Positions 8,778 through 19,385 of a stretch of DNA of 64,000 nt are shown piece by piece. Below the pieces are notes generated by a model. The model made no database searches, was not told the origin of the DNA, and saw only the letters and a list, made by a program, of their open reading frames with translations. This DNA comes from Candidatus Sericytochromatia bacterium (GTDB taxonomy: Bacteria; Cyanobacteriota; Sericytochromatia; UBA7694), in assembly GCA_037968875.1 (NCBI GenBank), contig JBBKWI010000053.1:1207-65206 (forward strand), written 5' to 3'. The first letter of the stretch is position 1; each line of letters opens with the position of its first letter. The translations under genes and the position numbers were made by a program.

Positions 8778-11684
8778 ATGTATCTGATGTTTATCCGTTC
8801 CCAAGCTTATACTCGATTTCTTGCTGGCGCTTTGAGCTTAAGCCTGCTTTTGGCCTGCGAATCGACACCTACGACAGCCCCTATTCCTGCGAAGCCAGTG
8901 TCACCGGCATTACAAGCCAGCGCCAAACCAGTTCCCGAAACACTCAAGCCCCGTACCCTGAAGTTAAAATTCAAGCTTTCAGCCGCTTTACTCTCAGGTT
9001 TTAAAACCCAGCAAAGTACCGAAAGCTGTGCTCAGGCCATGACAAATATCAGTACCCGACTCTCGCTAACGGGTCTCTTGTCATCGGCAGCCAAGGCACA
9101 GCTTGAAGCGCAAGATATTACGGTTGAAGATATAGCCGGACAGAGCACATTGGTCTTTAGCAATAGCATCCAGGAGCTCAATGCCAATCAGCTAGAGCTT
9201 GAATACACTATTGAAGATTTACCCGCTGGCTTTGCCCAGGGTCAAACCACTTTCAAGGATAATCTAGATCAAGAACTGGGCTTTGTCTCGTATAGCACTT
9301 CGATTCAACTCGACAGCGCCACCGAAGTCACCATGCTCTTAACAGGCACCACAGAAGCTTCAGGTTTGGCGACATGCCCCCAATTAGAAGCCAAACTAAC
9401 CGGCGCAACCCTGGGAGCGACTGGCGGAGATATTATTCCAGCACCGGCGACAACCCCGACGCCCAACGCCACACCCACGCCAACCCCTACACCAGTGATC
9501 ACTGCCGTGCAGCCCGTTTTGAACAGCATTAGTACCACCAGTGGCTATCCAGCCACACGTGTCGTGATCAGCGGCAGCGGATTTTTGGGTACGACTTCGG
9601 TTACCTTTGGCGATGTCGCTGCGCATGCTTTTTCAGTCGAGTCTGATCTGGAAATTATCGCATTCTCATCGAGTGTCGCTCCGGTCGCAGGTACGATCAA
9701 AGTCATAAATCCCGCTGGAGAAGCCGAATCCAGCCAAAGTTTCACACCGACGATAGGCCAACGCACGATTTATGCCAAACCCGGCGCAACAGGTCAGGGA
9801 AACTCCTGGAACGACGCCCAGGAATTGGTATTTGCAATGGCCGCAGCCCAACCCGGTGATGAAGTCTGGGTCGCCGCGGGTCGCTATGTTCCCGAACTCT
9901 ACCCAGGTGATCGCAGCTATAGTTTTGAGCTCAAGTCGAATGTTGGGGTTTACGGTGGATTTAATGGGAGTGAAGGCAGTCGAGGCGCCAGAGACCCCGA
10001 AGCCAACCTGACTATTTTAAGTGGTGATGTTAGCGGCGATGATAATCATACGGACAATGACCTCACAGATATTTCAGAAAATATTTATCATGTTGTGGTC
10101 GCCAATAATGTCAATGACGCAATACTCGACGGTTTTACGATTGAGGGAGGCAGCGCAGCCGGCACCGTGCCTGATGATCGGGGTGCGGGCTTACTGCATA
10201 TCAATAGCACGACCCTGGTCGAAAATGTTCAATTCAGCAATAATATCGCCAAGTATGCCGGTGGTGCTATTTATAATATTGGTTCTGGATCTGTGCTGAC
10301 CCTACGCAATAGCAATCTATCTGTTAATGCGGCGGGATTTTCAGGCGGTGGGATCAACAATGTAAAATCTAACGCCATTTTAAAGAATGTCACTTTAACC
10401 CAAAACTCATCAAAACAAGGGGGCGGCATCTTTAATGACGGTGCTTCACCCAGCTTGAGTCAGGTCACGCTCGATCAAAATGTAGCCCTCTATAATGGTG
10501 GCTCAATCCATAATCGAAAAAACTCCTCACCGACCCTAAGCGATGTAACGATCAGCAATAGTCAGGCTGCTAGCGGAGCTGGCCTCTATAATGTCGATCA
10601 ATCATCTCCACAGCTCTTGCGTGTCAAAATCAAAAACAATGATGCCGACAATGGTGCCGGAATCTATAATTACCAAAACTCTTCGCCCCGCCTTGAACAA
10701 GTCACACTCACCTCTAATATAGCCAAGTTTTTAGGCGGCGGCATTTATAACTATCAGTCCTCTTCACCGATAATGGAACGCGTTACAATAGTCAGTAATG
10801 CTGCCAAAGAAGGCGGCGGCATCTATAATCGCTCTTATTCCAACCCTCAAATTACCAATGCCGTTTTTCACAATAATGTAGCGACAAACGGCAATGGTGG
10901 CGCAATATACAATTATAATGGTTCATCTCCTAAACTATTACATATCACCTCGTATAATAATTTGGCCAGTGCTGGCATCGGTGCGGAAATTTTTTCAAGC
11001 CTAAGATCCTCGCCAAGCTTAACCAGTTCAGTAATCTGGAACGATGGTGCTAACCCTTTGTTTCAGGATCAAGACGGTGACATTTTGATTAATTCAAGCA
11101 CCGTCAAAGATTTTTCAAATATTTTGAACACCTCTGGAATTGGGAATATCAATCTTGATCCCGCTTTTGTAGATCCGGCTAATGCAGCCGGAGCAGACGG
11201 TATTTATATGACAGGCGATGATGGTCTACGTTTATCGGAAACCAGCCCGGCCAGAAACTTTGGTAAGTCATCAACGATGCCAGCTACAGATATATTGGGC
11301 GCTATTCGCATTGCAGCCCCAGAACAAGGCGCTTACGAAGGGGAGTTTTCGGCTGTACTCGGCACCCTGGTCAGCGAAGATCTTCAAACAGGCAGCGGCG
11401 CCCTTGCTGAAGTCGGCGATACTTTAACCATTCACTATGTTGGCACCTTAACTAACGGTGACGAATTTGACAACTCACGCACTGGTTCTCCATTCAGTTT
11501 TACTCTGGGTGCAGGTCAGGTAATTCAAGGTTGGGAGCAGGGCATACCTGGTATGCGTGAAGGCGGTATACGCAAATTGACCATTCCGCCACATCTGGCA
11601 TATGGTGCCCAATGGATAGGACAAATCTTACCCAATTCCACTCTGATTTTCGAAATCGAATTGATCTCGGTTCAGAAGAACTAA
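8778..11684 (+). CDS. Lipoprotein: Pro/Thr linker, IPT/TIG domain, right-handed beta-helix (GGAIYN repeats), C-terminal FKBP PPIase
   Basis: Lipobox LLAC; about ten N.A..GG.IYN...SP repeats; HYVGTL..G..FD.S, VIQGWEQG, IPPHLAYG FKBP motifs. Confidence 0.85.
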   Translation: MYLMFIRSQAYTRFLAGALSLSLLLACESTPTTAPIPAKPVSPALQASAKPVPETLKPRTLKLKFKLSAALLSGFKTQQSTESCAQAMTNISTRLSLTGLLSSAAKAQLEAQDITVEDIAGQSTLVFSNSIQELNANQLELEYTIEDLPAGFAQGQTTFKDNLDQELGFVSYSTSIQLDSATEVTMLLTGTTEASGLATCPQLEAKLTGATLGATGGDIIPAPATTPTPNATPTPTPTPVITAVQPVLNSISTTSGYPATRVVISGSGFLGTTSVTFGDVAAHAFSVESDLEIIAFSSSVAPVAGTIKVINPAGEAESSQSFTPTIGQRTIYAKPGATGQGNSWNDAQELVFAMAAAQPGDEVWVAAGRYVPELYPGDRSYSFELKSNVGVYGGFNGSEGSRGARDPEANLTILSGDVSGDDNHTDNDLTDISENIYHVVVANNVNDAILDGFTIEGGSAAGTVPDDRGAGLLHINSTTLVENVQFSNNIAKYAGGAIYNIGSGSVLTLRNSNLSVNAAGFSGGGINNVKSNAILKNVTLTQNSSKQGGGIFNDGASPSLSQVTLDQNVALYNGGSIHNRKNSSPTLSDVTISNSQAASGAGLYNVDQSSPQLLRVKIKNNDADNGAGIYNYQNSSPRLEQVTLTSNIAKFLGGGIYNYQSSSPIMERVTIVSNAAKEGGGIYNRSYSNPQITNAVFHNNVATNGNGGAIYNYNGSSPKLLHITSYNNLASAGIGAEIFSSLRSSPSLTSSVIWNDGANPLFQDQDGDILINSSTVKDFSNILNTSGIGNINLDPAFVDPANAAGADGIYMTGDDGLRLSETSPARNFGKSSTMPATDILGAIRIAAPEQGAYEGEFSAVLGTLVSEDLQTGSGALAEVGDTLTIHYVGTLTNGDEFDNSRTGSPFSFTLGAGQVIQGWEQGIPGMREGGIRKLTIPPHLAYGAQWIGQILPNSTLIFEIELISVQKN

Positions 11685-11699
11685 AGCGAATACAAACAC

Positions 11700-11741
11700 A
11701 AAACAGGCCCTGACTTTCAATTGAGAGTCAGGGCCTGTTTT
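11700..11741. terminator. Bidirectional terminator (42-bp near-perfect palindrome)
   Basis: AAAACAGGCCCTGACTTTCAA/TTGAGAGTCAGGGCCTGTTTT, one mismatch, between convergent genes. Confidence 0.85.
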
Positions 11742-11755
11742 TATCTAAAACTGAA

Positions 11756-14700
11756 CTATTCCGGGCTCATAGGCACCTGTGGCTGATCTATCAAAGCATC
11801 TTGCTCACGTTCTTTTTGAGAGACAATTGCTTCATGAGCATCTTGAATCGCCTGCATATCCATCGGAGCCGAACCCTCTCGAGAAACACCTGCAATGCCC
11901 GTGATCGATGGGGCAACAGCAAATGCTTGTTCTCTGCGTTGAGACAATTTTCGCAAGAACCGCTTGGCCATACGACCAGAGAAATTGCGGATATTATCGA
12001 TGATCATATACACAGCGGGCACAAAGACCAGTGTCAAAGCAGTCGACACAAACAAGCCATAGCCTACAGCAGTCGAGAGTGGGTCAAACATTTTTGAAGT
12101 CTCACCGGTTGGACCAATACTTAAACTGGTAAAGTCGATACTATAACCCGCTAGTGATGGCAACAGGCCGAGTAATGTTGTCAAAGCCGTTAAAATAACG
12201 GGTCTGACTCGAACAATACCAGCTTGTATCACTGCGTCATACGCTGAAAATCCTTGTTTTTTAAGCATTTCGATATAATCAATCAAGACAATACCATTAT
12301 TGACAACAATACCAGCCAGAGAAATCACACCCAAACCAGATAAGACAATACTAAACGGTGTGCCCGTGATCATTTGTCCCATCAAAACTCCCATAATCGA
12401 AAGCACTACGGTAGATAGAATAATCGCAGGCAGTATAAACGAGTTAAATTGGGTCACCAAAATCAGGAAAATAAACAAGACAACCAGTACAAATGCGCGT
12501 CCTAAAAAAGCGCTTGACTCCTCACGGTCCTCTTGCTCACCACCATACTTTATCGTGTATCCAGTGGGTAATTTGACTTTTTTGTCAATTGTTTTTTGGA
12601 CCTCGACTAACACATCCGTCGCCAATTTCCCTACTGCGACATTAGAATCAATAGTCACTGTTCGCTTGGAGTCTTTGCGGCGAATGGCTCCAGCTCCTGA
12701 ACGGGTTTGAATACTTGCCAATGAAGTCAGTGGAATCGGATCATCATCTTTATTGGCGATATTTAAACGGGCAATGTCATTGATCGCAGAGCGACGGGAT
12801 TCAGATAAACGCACACTAATATCGTACTCTTCGTCTAACTCCCTGAACTTAGAGGCATCCGTTCCGTTAATCGCCGTGCGTACGGTGTTACCGATTGTGC
12901 GTAAATCCAGTTTATAGAGTGAGGCTTTGCCCCGGTCCACATCGATAGTAATTTCAGGTTTACTCAAATTAAAATTATCGCGTAAATCAACAATGCCAGG
13001 TATTGTTTCTATTACGGATTTCACTTCCTGGGTTAAGCGCCCCAACTCTTCTAAGCGTTCACCTGTAATCTCAAGGGATACGGGTGCACCTGTTGGCGGA
13101 CCATTACTCTGCTCTTTGATTTCAAAGTCAGCTCCCGCCAATGCTTTCAGATCATTGCGAATATCTTCCATAATCAATTTGGAACTGCGTTCACGCACGT
13201 CGAGATCTTTAAAGTCCATCGTGATCTGGGCAATGTGAGAATAAGCTCCGCCACCGCCAGCACCGCCACCGCCACCGCCAGGGCCCTGGCTTTGACCAGG
13301 AGAGCCTACATTCGTAGTAATGTAGTCCATGTTTCCTTCACGGTATTTCTCAGCGATGGCTTCGACTTGTGTCGCAATTTGATTAGTAATCTCAACACGT
13401 GTGCCTTCAGGTGCTTTTATCTCCACAAAAGCAACTGACGGATCCTCTTCCGAAAAGAAGATCACTCCCTTACCAAACTGCCCATAAAGCACTATCGTCA
13501 GTACAAACATAGCAATGGCACCCAATACGGTCAGATATCTCCACTTGACAGCAAACTTCAGCACAGAGACGTACAATTTCATGATCGGGTTGCGAATGGT
13601 GCCCTCTGGGTTAAAAGAGCCTTTGCGTAAACGCATAAACTTAGCTGTAAAAACTGGATTAATCACAAGTGCAACAAACAGCGAAGCCAGCAATGCAATA
13701 ATTAAGAGCTTTGGAAAAAAGCCCATAAATTTACCAATAATCCCTGGCCAAAGCAACAACGGCACAAATGCAGCCAGTGTCGTCAACGTCGACGAAATCA
13801 AAGGAATACTCAATTCTTCGGCGGCTTGTCTGGAAGCTTCTTCACGAGGGGTACCCTCTTGCATCAGACGATAGGCACCTTCTACAATCACCACAGAATT
13901 ATCAACTAACATACCCAATGCAACGATAATCGCAAACATCACCATAAAGTTGAGCGTAATACCGAGCATTTGCAAAACAGCAAACGTAATCATCATCGAC
14001 AGCGGAATCGCCATGCCTACAAAACTCGCATTGAGCAATCCCAAAGCAAAGAACAACACAATGATCACCAATAAAAAGCCGGTGATCATATTGTTTTCAA
14101 GATCTTTAGAGATATTGCGAACAAAGTCAGACTCATCAGTCGTAATTGTAAATTTCAAATGCGGGTATTTTTTTTGGTTGGCGTCAATAGTTGCTCTAAC
14201 GGCATCAGCAACCTGGATAATATTTTCTCCTGAGCGTTTTTGCACAGAGAGCGTCAGGCTTTCTTTGCCATCCAGGCGGGCATAAGTCGTGCGTTCTTCA
14301 AAACCATCGACGACTTGTGCCACATCTTTGAGATAAATTGGGTTGCCACCAGGTGCCTTCAGTACCAGATTTTCAATTTCTGACATGGACTCAAATTCAC
14401 CAGGTACACGCACCAAATACTTCACATCACCGACTTCAATACTGCCGCCAGGGACATTCACATTTTGCGCTTGTAGGGCATTAATAACCGTATTAAATGA
14501 GAGACCATAATAATCCAGGCGATCCGCATCAGCGATCACCTTAATTTCACGTTCCAGGCCACCAATGAGATCAACTTCTAAAACCCCCTGAATTTGCTCT
14601 AGCTCATCTTCAACTTCTTCACCAATTTTTTTGAGCTCAGTCACACCAATATCACCAGCAAGGCTGACAAACATGATCGGAAACTCTGAGAGATTGACCT

Positions 14701-15088
14701 CTAAAATAAAGGGGTCTTCAGCCTCCTGAGGAATATCTGACTTGGCCAAATCGACTTTATCGCGTACTTTTTGCAAAGCATCATCAATATCTATATCAGG
14801 TTCAAATTCAATCGTGATATTGGCTGAACTCTCAGCTGAAGTTGAAGTAATTTCTTTGACATCTGAGAGCTCTTTGAGTTTTTTCTCAACAGGGATCGTA
14901 ATCAAGGTTTCAATATCTTTAGAGGCCACACCAAAATAGGGAATCGCCACAATCACAATCGGAATCTGGATCTCAGGTGCGCCTTCACGCGGCAAGCTTT
15001 GATAAGACTGAAAACCGACAATAAATAAGATAAAGACGAGGATGTAGACGGTGACCGAATTACGAATCGCTAGACTGGTAATTTTCAT
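11756..15088 (-). CDS. RND efflux permease (AcrB/AcrD/AcrF family)
   Basis: 1110 aa, two large periplasmic loops, GMLVDNSVV, GIVVNNGIVLID and RVRPVILT motifs. Confidence 0.95.
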   Translation of the reverse strand: MKITSLAIRNSVTVYILVFILFIVGFQSYQSLPREGAPEIQIPIVIVAIPYFGVASKDIETLITIPVEKKLKELSDVKEITSTSAESSANITIEFEPDIDIDDALQKVRDKVDLAKSDIPQEAEDPFILEVNLSEFPIMFVSLAGDIGVTELKKIGEEVEDELEQIQGVLEVDLIGGLEREIKVIADADRLDYYGLSFNTVINALQAQNVNVPGGSIEVGDVKYLVRVPGEFESMSEIENLVLKAPGGNPIYLKDVAQVVDGFEERTTYARLDGKESLTLSVQKRSGENIIQVADAVRATIDANQKKYPHLKFTITTDESDFVRNISKDLENNMITGFLLVIIVLFFALGLLNASFVGMAIPLSMMITFAVLQMLGITLNFMVMFAIIVALGMLVDNSVVIVEGAYRLMQEGTPREEASRQAAEELSIPLISSTLTTLAAFVPLLLWPGIIGKFMGFFPKLLIIALLASLFVALVINPVFTAKFMRLRKGSFNPEGTIRNPIMKLYVSVLKFAVKWRYLTVLGAIAMFVLTIVLYGQFGKGVIFFSEEDPSVAFVEIKAPEGTRVEITNQIATQVEAIAEKYREGNMDYITTNVGSPGQSQGPGGGGGGAGGGGAYSHIAQITMDFKDLDVRERSSKLIMEDIRNDLKALAGADFEIKEQSNGPPTGAPVSLEITGERLEELGRLTQEVKSVIETIPGIVDLRDNFNLSKPEITIDVDRGKASLYKLDLRTIGNTVRTAINGTDASKFRELDEEYDISVRLSESRRSAINDIARLNIANKDDDPIPLTSLASIQTRSGAGAIRRKDSKRTVTIDSNVAVGKLATDVLVEVQKTIDKKVKLPTGYTIKYGGEQEDREESSAFLGRAFVLVVLFIFLILVTQFNSFILPAIILSTVVLSIMGVLMGQMITGTPFSIVLSGLGVISLAGIVVNNGIVLIDYIEMLKKQGFSAYDAVIQAGIVRVRPVILTALTTLLGLLPSLAGYSIDFTSLSIGPTGETSKMFDPLSTAVGYGLFVSTALTLVFVPAVYMIIDNIRNFSGRMAKRFLRKLSQRREQAFAVAPSITGIAGVSREGSAPMDMQAIQDAHEAIVSQKEREQDALIDQPQVPMSPE

Positions 15089-15089
15089 A

Positions 15090-16643
15090 TTAGAGGCCCC
15101 GTAAGTCGTTGCGTACCCATGATTGTTTAAAATCCTGAGTGGGCGGCGAAACTGCCGGTAAAGGGGGAGCCGGCGATAAGCTAGCGCGCGCCGAAGGAGC
15201 TGTCGTCATGACAGCAGAAGGGCTGGGGGGGATACCACTGGACTTCTGTAAAGCAGATGGCTTCGTCGACACCGGCGCACTCGGCACAGTAGAGGCTGGT
15301 GAGGCAGTCCGTGAAGTCGTTGAGCTTTGGCTTTCTGTAGGCTTTTCAACTTGGCTTGAGTCTGATTCTGAAGGCAATGTTTCAGCGGCATTTGGATTCC
15401 CTGAGCTGTCAGGATTGGGTAAGCCTTGTAAGCGCCGTTCTTGTACATTTACCTTCTGACCATTGATTAGATTGCGTTGGCCAAAACTGATGACAGCGTC
15501 ACCGCCTTTCAGTCCCGTAATCACAACCACCTGAGCGCCATCCCGTTGACCCAGTTCAACTTTGACTTTTTTGGCTTTGCCATCTGCTTCGATAAAGACA
15601 TAGCGGCCATCAGCCTGATCAATCACCGTGTCCTGTGGAATCACAATCGCCTGGGACTCACTATCCCGCTCAAAGCTGACCCGGCCGATCATGCCGCCTT
15701 TGATTTTCAGACCGGGATTAGCAACCTGAACCTGTACCGGGAAGGTTTTACTTTCACCAGCGGCTGTCGCCGCAATAAACTTCACAAAGCCTCGAAATTT
15801 GACATCTGGAATGGCGTCAAAAGTAACAGCGACAGCCTGGCCGATTTGAATCGAACCTATATCTCGCTCGGGAATACCCACGACGACTTTGACTGGAGAC
15901 ATTTGTACCACATCTGCAATCGGTGCCCCCGGATTGACATATTCTCCACGCTCGACATGCACACGATTAACATAGCCCGCAATCGGGCTCGTGATTGCCG
16001 CTTTGGCCAAATTTACATTGGCAATTCGCAAATTTGAGGCCGCGACTTTGGTTTGTTCTTGATTGACTTCAACAGTCGAACTGCGTGAAATTTGCTGCAT
16101 CTCTAATTGCAATTTGGCATTGGTTAGATTGGACTGGGCATTATCAAAGTTTTGAGCCGAGACCACTTGCTCCTGATATAGCTTTTGCTGACGTGCAAAT
16201 GTAGATGCCGTATTATCGTATTGAGACTCAGCCAGGGAGACCTGCTTGGTCTGATTTTTGTGTTGCCATTTCTCTTGCACCTTGCTCAAACGCAGATTGG
16301 CCGTCGCCTGATCCCGTTGCGCCATCAGTGAGCGTGAATCAACACCAGCAACCGTTTGACCCAGTTTAACGGTCTGGCCTTCTGTTAAGCGCAAGACATC
16401 CAGCTTGCCAGCTAAGTCAGCAGAGATCGTGACTGACTTCCAGGGTTCGGCTGTGCCTGTAAGCTCAAGCGTCGAGACAAAACGGCCCGGACGCACTTGC
16501 AAGACGCGAACATTGGTCACTTTTTCTTCTATCTGGGCTTCCGCTTCAGTTCCTGTTGTAGATTCAGGAGTTTTAGAACAAGCGACAGTGCTTAGGCTGA
16601 GCAAGAGTATTAACGAAACGATAAGGCGAGAGTGTGATGACAT
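15090..16643 (-). CDS. RND periplasmic adaptor (membrane fusion protein) with Ser/Pro-rich C-terminal tail
   Basis: Lipobox TVAC, lipoyl half-motifs, I.SPI.G.V, GMIG, GL..GD.V; 1 nt from the RND gene. Confidence 0.92.
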   Translation of the reverse strand: MSSHSRLIVSLILLLSLSTVACSKTPESTTGTEAEAQIEEKVTNVRVLQVRPGRFVSTLELTGTAEPWKSVTISADLAGKLDVLRLTEGQTVKLGQTVAGVDSRSLMAQRDQATANLRLSKVQEKWQHKNQTKQVSLAESQYDNTASTFARQQKLYQEQVVSAQNFDNAQSNLTNAKLQLEMQQISRSSTVEVNQEQTKVAASNLRIANVNLAKAAITSPIAGYVNRVHVERGEYVNPGAPIADVVQMSPVKVVVGIPERDIGSIQIGQAVAVTFDAIPDVKFRGFVKFIAATAAGESKTFPVQVQVANPGLKIKGGMIGRVSFERDSESQAIVIPQDTVIDQADGRYVFIEADGKAKKVKVELGQRDGAQVVVITGLKGGDAVISFGQRNLINGQKVNVQERRLQGLPNPDSSGNPNAAETLPSESDSSQVEKPTESQSSTTSRTASPASTVPSAPVSTKPSALQKSSGIPPSPSAVMTTAPSARASLSPAPPLPAVSPPTQDFKQSWVRNDLRGL

Positions 16644-16648
16644 GGTAC

Positions 16649-18778
16649 TTAAAACCTCGGAGACGTTGTCTGTGTAGATTCCCCAACAAAAACCAGGGGA
16701 TTAGAAGAGAAGAACGAAAGGACACGCTGGCTAGCTTCTGAAATAGCATCCAACTTGATATAGTAGGCACCTGGTGTTCCCGGAGCGACCCAGGTAAAGC
16801 GTAAGTTTAAACTGGCCCCCAGGGCCTGATAAGGGCCCGTAGGACCTTGAGATACAGACCAGGCATAAGTAAAGCGTTGATCAGCAGGTGGCTGTAAAAA
16901 GGCGGTCAGCTCAACAGCTCCTTGTTGGCCAATAAAAGCCGGACTGGGATTGCTTACAAAAAAGGCGGGTGTATTATTGACAAAAACCAGGGCTTGCGGA
17001 GAAACAAAGCTTAAAACTTCAGCGCTGGCAGGCTTATAGACATCGGCTTTAACAAAATAATTGCCTTCACGACCCGGGTACCAATTAATGCTGGCTGCTG
17101 AATCCGGCCCCAGAGTTTGTGCCAGTTCCCAGGGGCCTACAGCTGAAGGGCCGACAGACCAGGTGTATCGCTCGCCTCCGCTGAGCTCAGGCAATTGCGC
17201 GCTTAGCTTAACCGAACGCCCCAGAGCAAGCACGCCTGAACTGGCTTGAATCGCATTGGCGCCATCTCGAACATTGACCAGTGCACTGGCTGATGTGCGT
17301 GTCGTTTTGGTTTGACCTACCCCTGAAATTTCTGCTCGCAAATAAAAATTCCCGGCAAAAGGTGGGCTCCAACGTAGATTTTGGCCCTGGCCTGCTATCG
17401 GTTGAAAAGGTGCTTGCAAAGAAGAACTAAAAAACCAATTGATCTGACTATCTGTAGCCAGATCCGTCAACTGGAGCACCACAGACTGTCCTTTGATCAA
17501 ATTGGTAGGCTGTGGATTAAGTAAAAAGCCACGATCCGAATCACGCACAACAACTTTGACTTCTGAACTGGTAAAAGTACGCTCATTCGCACCGGCACTG
17601 GCGCGTACACGCAAATAAAACTCACCGGTTTGATCAGGCGTCCAGGTGATACGCGCTGTATTGCCAGTAATCGCCCTAAAAGGCCCCTGTGCTGACGATC
17701 CCACAAACCAAATATAACTTGTATCAGGCGCTTCAGCTGGGATTTTAGCCTCTAAAACAATCGATTCGCCACGGGTAATCTCACCCGCTCCCGGTAAGGT
17801 CACAAAGACATCATCGGCTGGAGAAACTTGCACCAGCGGGCGTGTTGAGACAAAGGTGCTAACACGGCCATCTTGCTGACTTTGTAAGCGCAAATAATAA
17901 GCCCCTGCCTGTGGAGGTTCCCATAAAATCTGAGCGCCTTGCTCGGCAATCGGTTGAAACGGTCCCAGGGGGCTCTGTGAATATCCCCAGAGTATAGCTT
18001 CTGCATTTTCTAGCTCAGGAAGATTAGCTTGCAAGCCAATCTCGTCGCCAATCACAATGCGACCATCAAGGGGCGTACTGACGACAATTTGATCAGCTGT
18101 GCCGACAAAAACGACCGGGGCTGAAGTCGTAAAACTAGAACTGGCCCCCGAACTTAACTCACGAAAATCAATTCGGATATAATAGTTACCGGCTTGATTC
18201 GGCATCCAATCGACAGCGTCGCTATTGCCAGAGATCGGTAAAAATGGGCCTTGTGAACTGCTTGCTGCAGACCAATTAAAACTATAATCAGCGGGCTTAA
18301 TCTTTGACTCAAACTGTGCTTTGAGGTGCAAGCGTGTGCCGAGAGTCACTTGTGAATTGGGAGAAATACTTAAAGGAGGGTTTGCCAAATTCAAGAGTGG
18401 CCCTGTATTAAAGCGGATCAAACGCGAGATCTCGCCATTGCTCAAAAGCAATTCAATGATCCCCTCAGAATCCGGGCGACGACCGGCTGGCAATGTTAAA
18501 CTCAGGCTGCCATCTGCATTCCGTTTGACCGTATAAGTCGTATTGCTATTATCCAGAATCGCTTTAAGATTTGTCGCATTTCGAAAAGCTTCAGGTAACT
18601 GATCTACCTGCAAAACACGTAATTCCTGGCCACTGCTACTAGAGATCAAGGCCGCACGAACGTCAGATCTTGCACTTTGCTCAGAAGCTGGGAGAGTGGT
18701 GTTCAATGAATACGGTACATCACACCCATTTAGCAGCAGAAAAGTGAGTGTGATAACACCTATTTGATTTTTTTTCAT
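16649..18778 (-). CDS. Lipoprotein with six tandem ~90-aa Ig-like repeats
   Basis: Lipobox LNGC; repeated W..S.S..GPF..I.G.....W.P...G.YYLR unit. Confidence 0.8.
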   Translation of the reverse strand: MKKNQIGVITLTFLLLNGCDVPYSLNTTLPASEQSARSDVRAALISSSSGQELRVLQVDQLPEAFRNATNLKAILDNSNTTYTVKRNADGSLSLTLPAGRRPDSEGIIELLLSNGEISRLIRFNTGPLLNLANPPLSISPNSQVTLGTRLHLKAQFESKIKPADYSFNWSAASSSQGPFLPISGNSDAVDWMPNQAGNYYIRIDFRELSSGASSSFTTSAPVVFVGTADQIVVSTPLDGRIVIGDEIGLQANLPELENAEAILWGYSQSPLGPFQPIAEQGAQILWEPPQAGAYYLRLQSQQDGRVSTFVSTRPLVQVSPADDVFVTLPGAGEITRGESIVLEAKIPAEAPDTSYIWFVGSSAQGPFRAITGNTARITWTPDQTGEFYLRVRASAGANERTFTSSEVKVVVRDSDRGFLLNPQPTNLIKGQSVVLQLTDLATDSQINWFFSSSLQAPFQPIAGQGQNLRWSPPFAGNFYLRAEISGVGQTKTTRTSASALVNVRDGANAIQASSGVLALGRSVKLSAQLPELSGGERYTWSVGPSAVGPWELAQTLGPDSAASINWYPGREGNYFVKADVYKPASAEVLSFVSPQALVFVNNTPAFFVSNPSPAFIGQQGAVELTAFLQPPADQRFTYAWSVSQGPTGPYQALGASLNLRFTWVAPGTPGAYYIKLDAISEASQRVLSFFSSNPLVFVGESTQTTSPRF

Positions 18779-18812
18779 GTTAAGTTAGCTAAGTTGTTTC
18801 TTGTCGTTTTGC

Positions 18813-18874
18813 TTGACTGAATTTATTTTACACTATAAACTTTTTACCATACAAATATTTCGTAGTGTAACACT
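18813..18874 (+). promoter_or_regulatory. sigma70-type promoter for marR with overlapping inverted-repeat operator
   Basis: TTGACT(18813)-N17-TAAACT(18836); TTACACTA(18828)/TAGTGTAA(18863) inverted pair; AGTGT-A-ACACT palindrome 18864-18874. Confidence 0.6.
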
Positions 18875-18923
18875 TTTGCCGAAATTTTATTTCACTCAGG
18901 TGATCACGCATTGGGAGTCTTAA

Positions 18924-19385
18924 ATGACACAAGATTCAGAAGATGAGCTAGAAGAACAGCTAATCATCGGTTTAGATAATATGCTACTGATGCTGATGCG
19001 CTTCACCAAAAAACAAGTTTTGGCTGAAAGCATTCATAATACCGTTTTAACGCCCCCTCAATTTGGGCTTTTGTGGTGCCTCAATTGTGCTGGCACGCTG
19101 ACCATGACAGAGCTCGCAGATAAGCTCGATCTTTCACATGGGGCGGCGACAGGCCTGGTCGATCGCCTTGAAAAACTAGATTTAATCATACGTCAACGCT
19201 CAGAAGATGATCGGCGCGTAGTCAGTGTTGTACTGAGTCAGAGCGGTCAGCAATTAATTGAACGCGTCAACACCAAGCGGCACCAAATACTGCGAACCAT
19301 GTTGCAAGATCTGACTCCGCAGGAGCGTCAAACGCTCTTGAAGATCGATATGATTCTAAAGGACAAACTCCACCCCCATGTTTAA
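18924..19385 (+). CDS. MarR family transcriptional regulator
   Basis: LTPPQF..L, TMTELA..L, TGLVDRLE, DRR wing motif. Confidence 0.93.
   Translation: MTQDSEDELEEQLIIGLDNMLLMLMRFTKKQVLAESIHNTVLTPPQFGLLWCLNCAGTLTMTELADKLDLSHGAATGLVDRLEKLDLIIRQRSEDDRRVVSVVLSQSGQQLIERVNTKRHQILRTMLQDLTPQERQTLLKIDMILKDKLHPHV

Noticed and set aside
13248..13280. CCGCCA tandem repeat
   Set aside because: Simply encodes the poly-Gly loop of the RND protein
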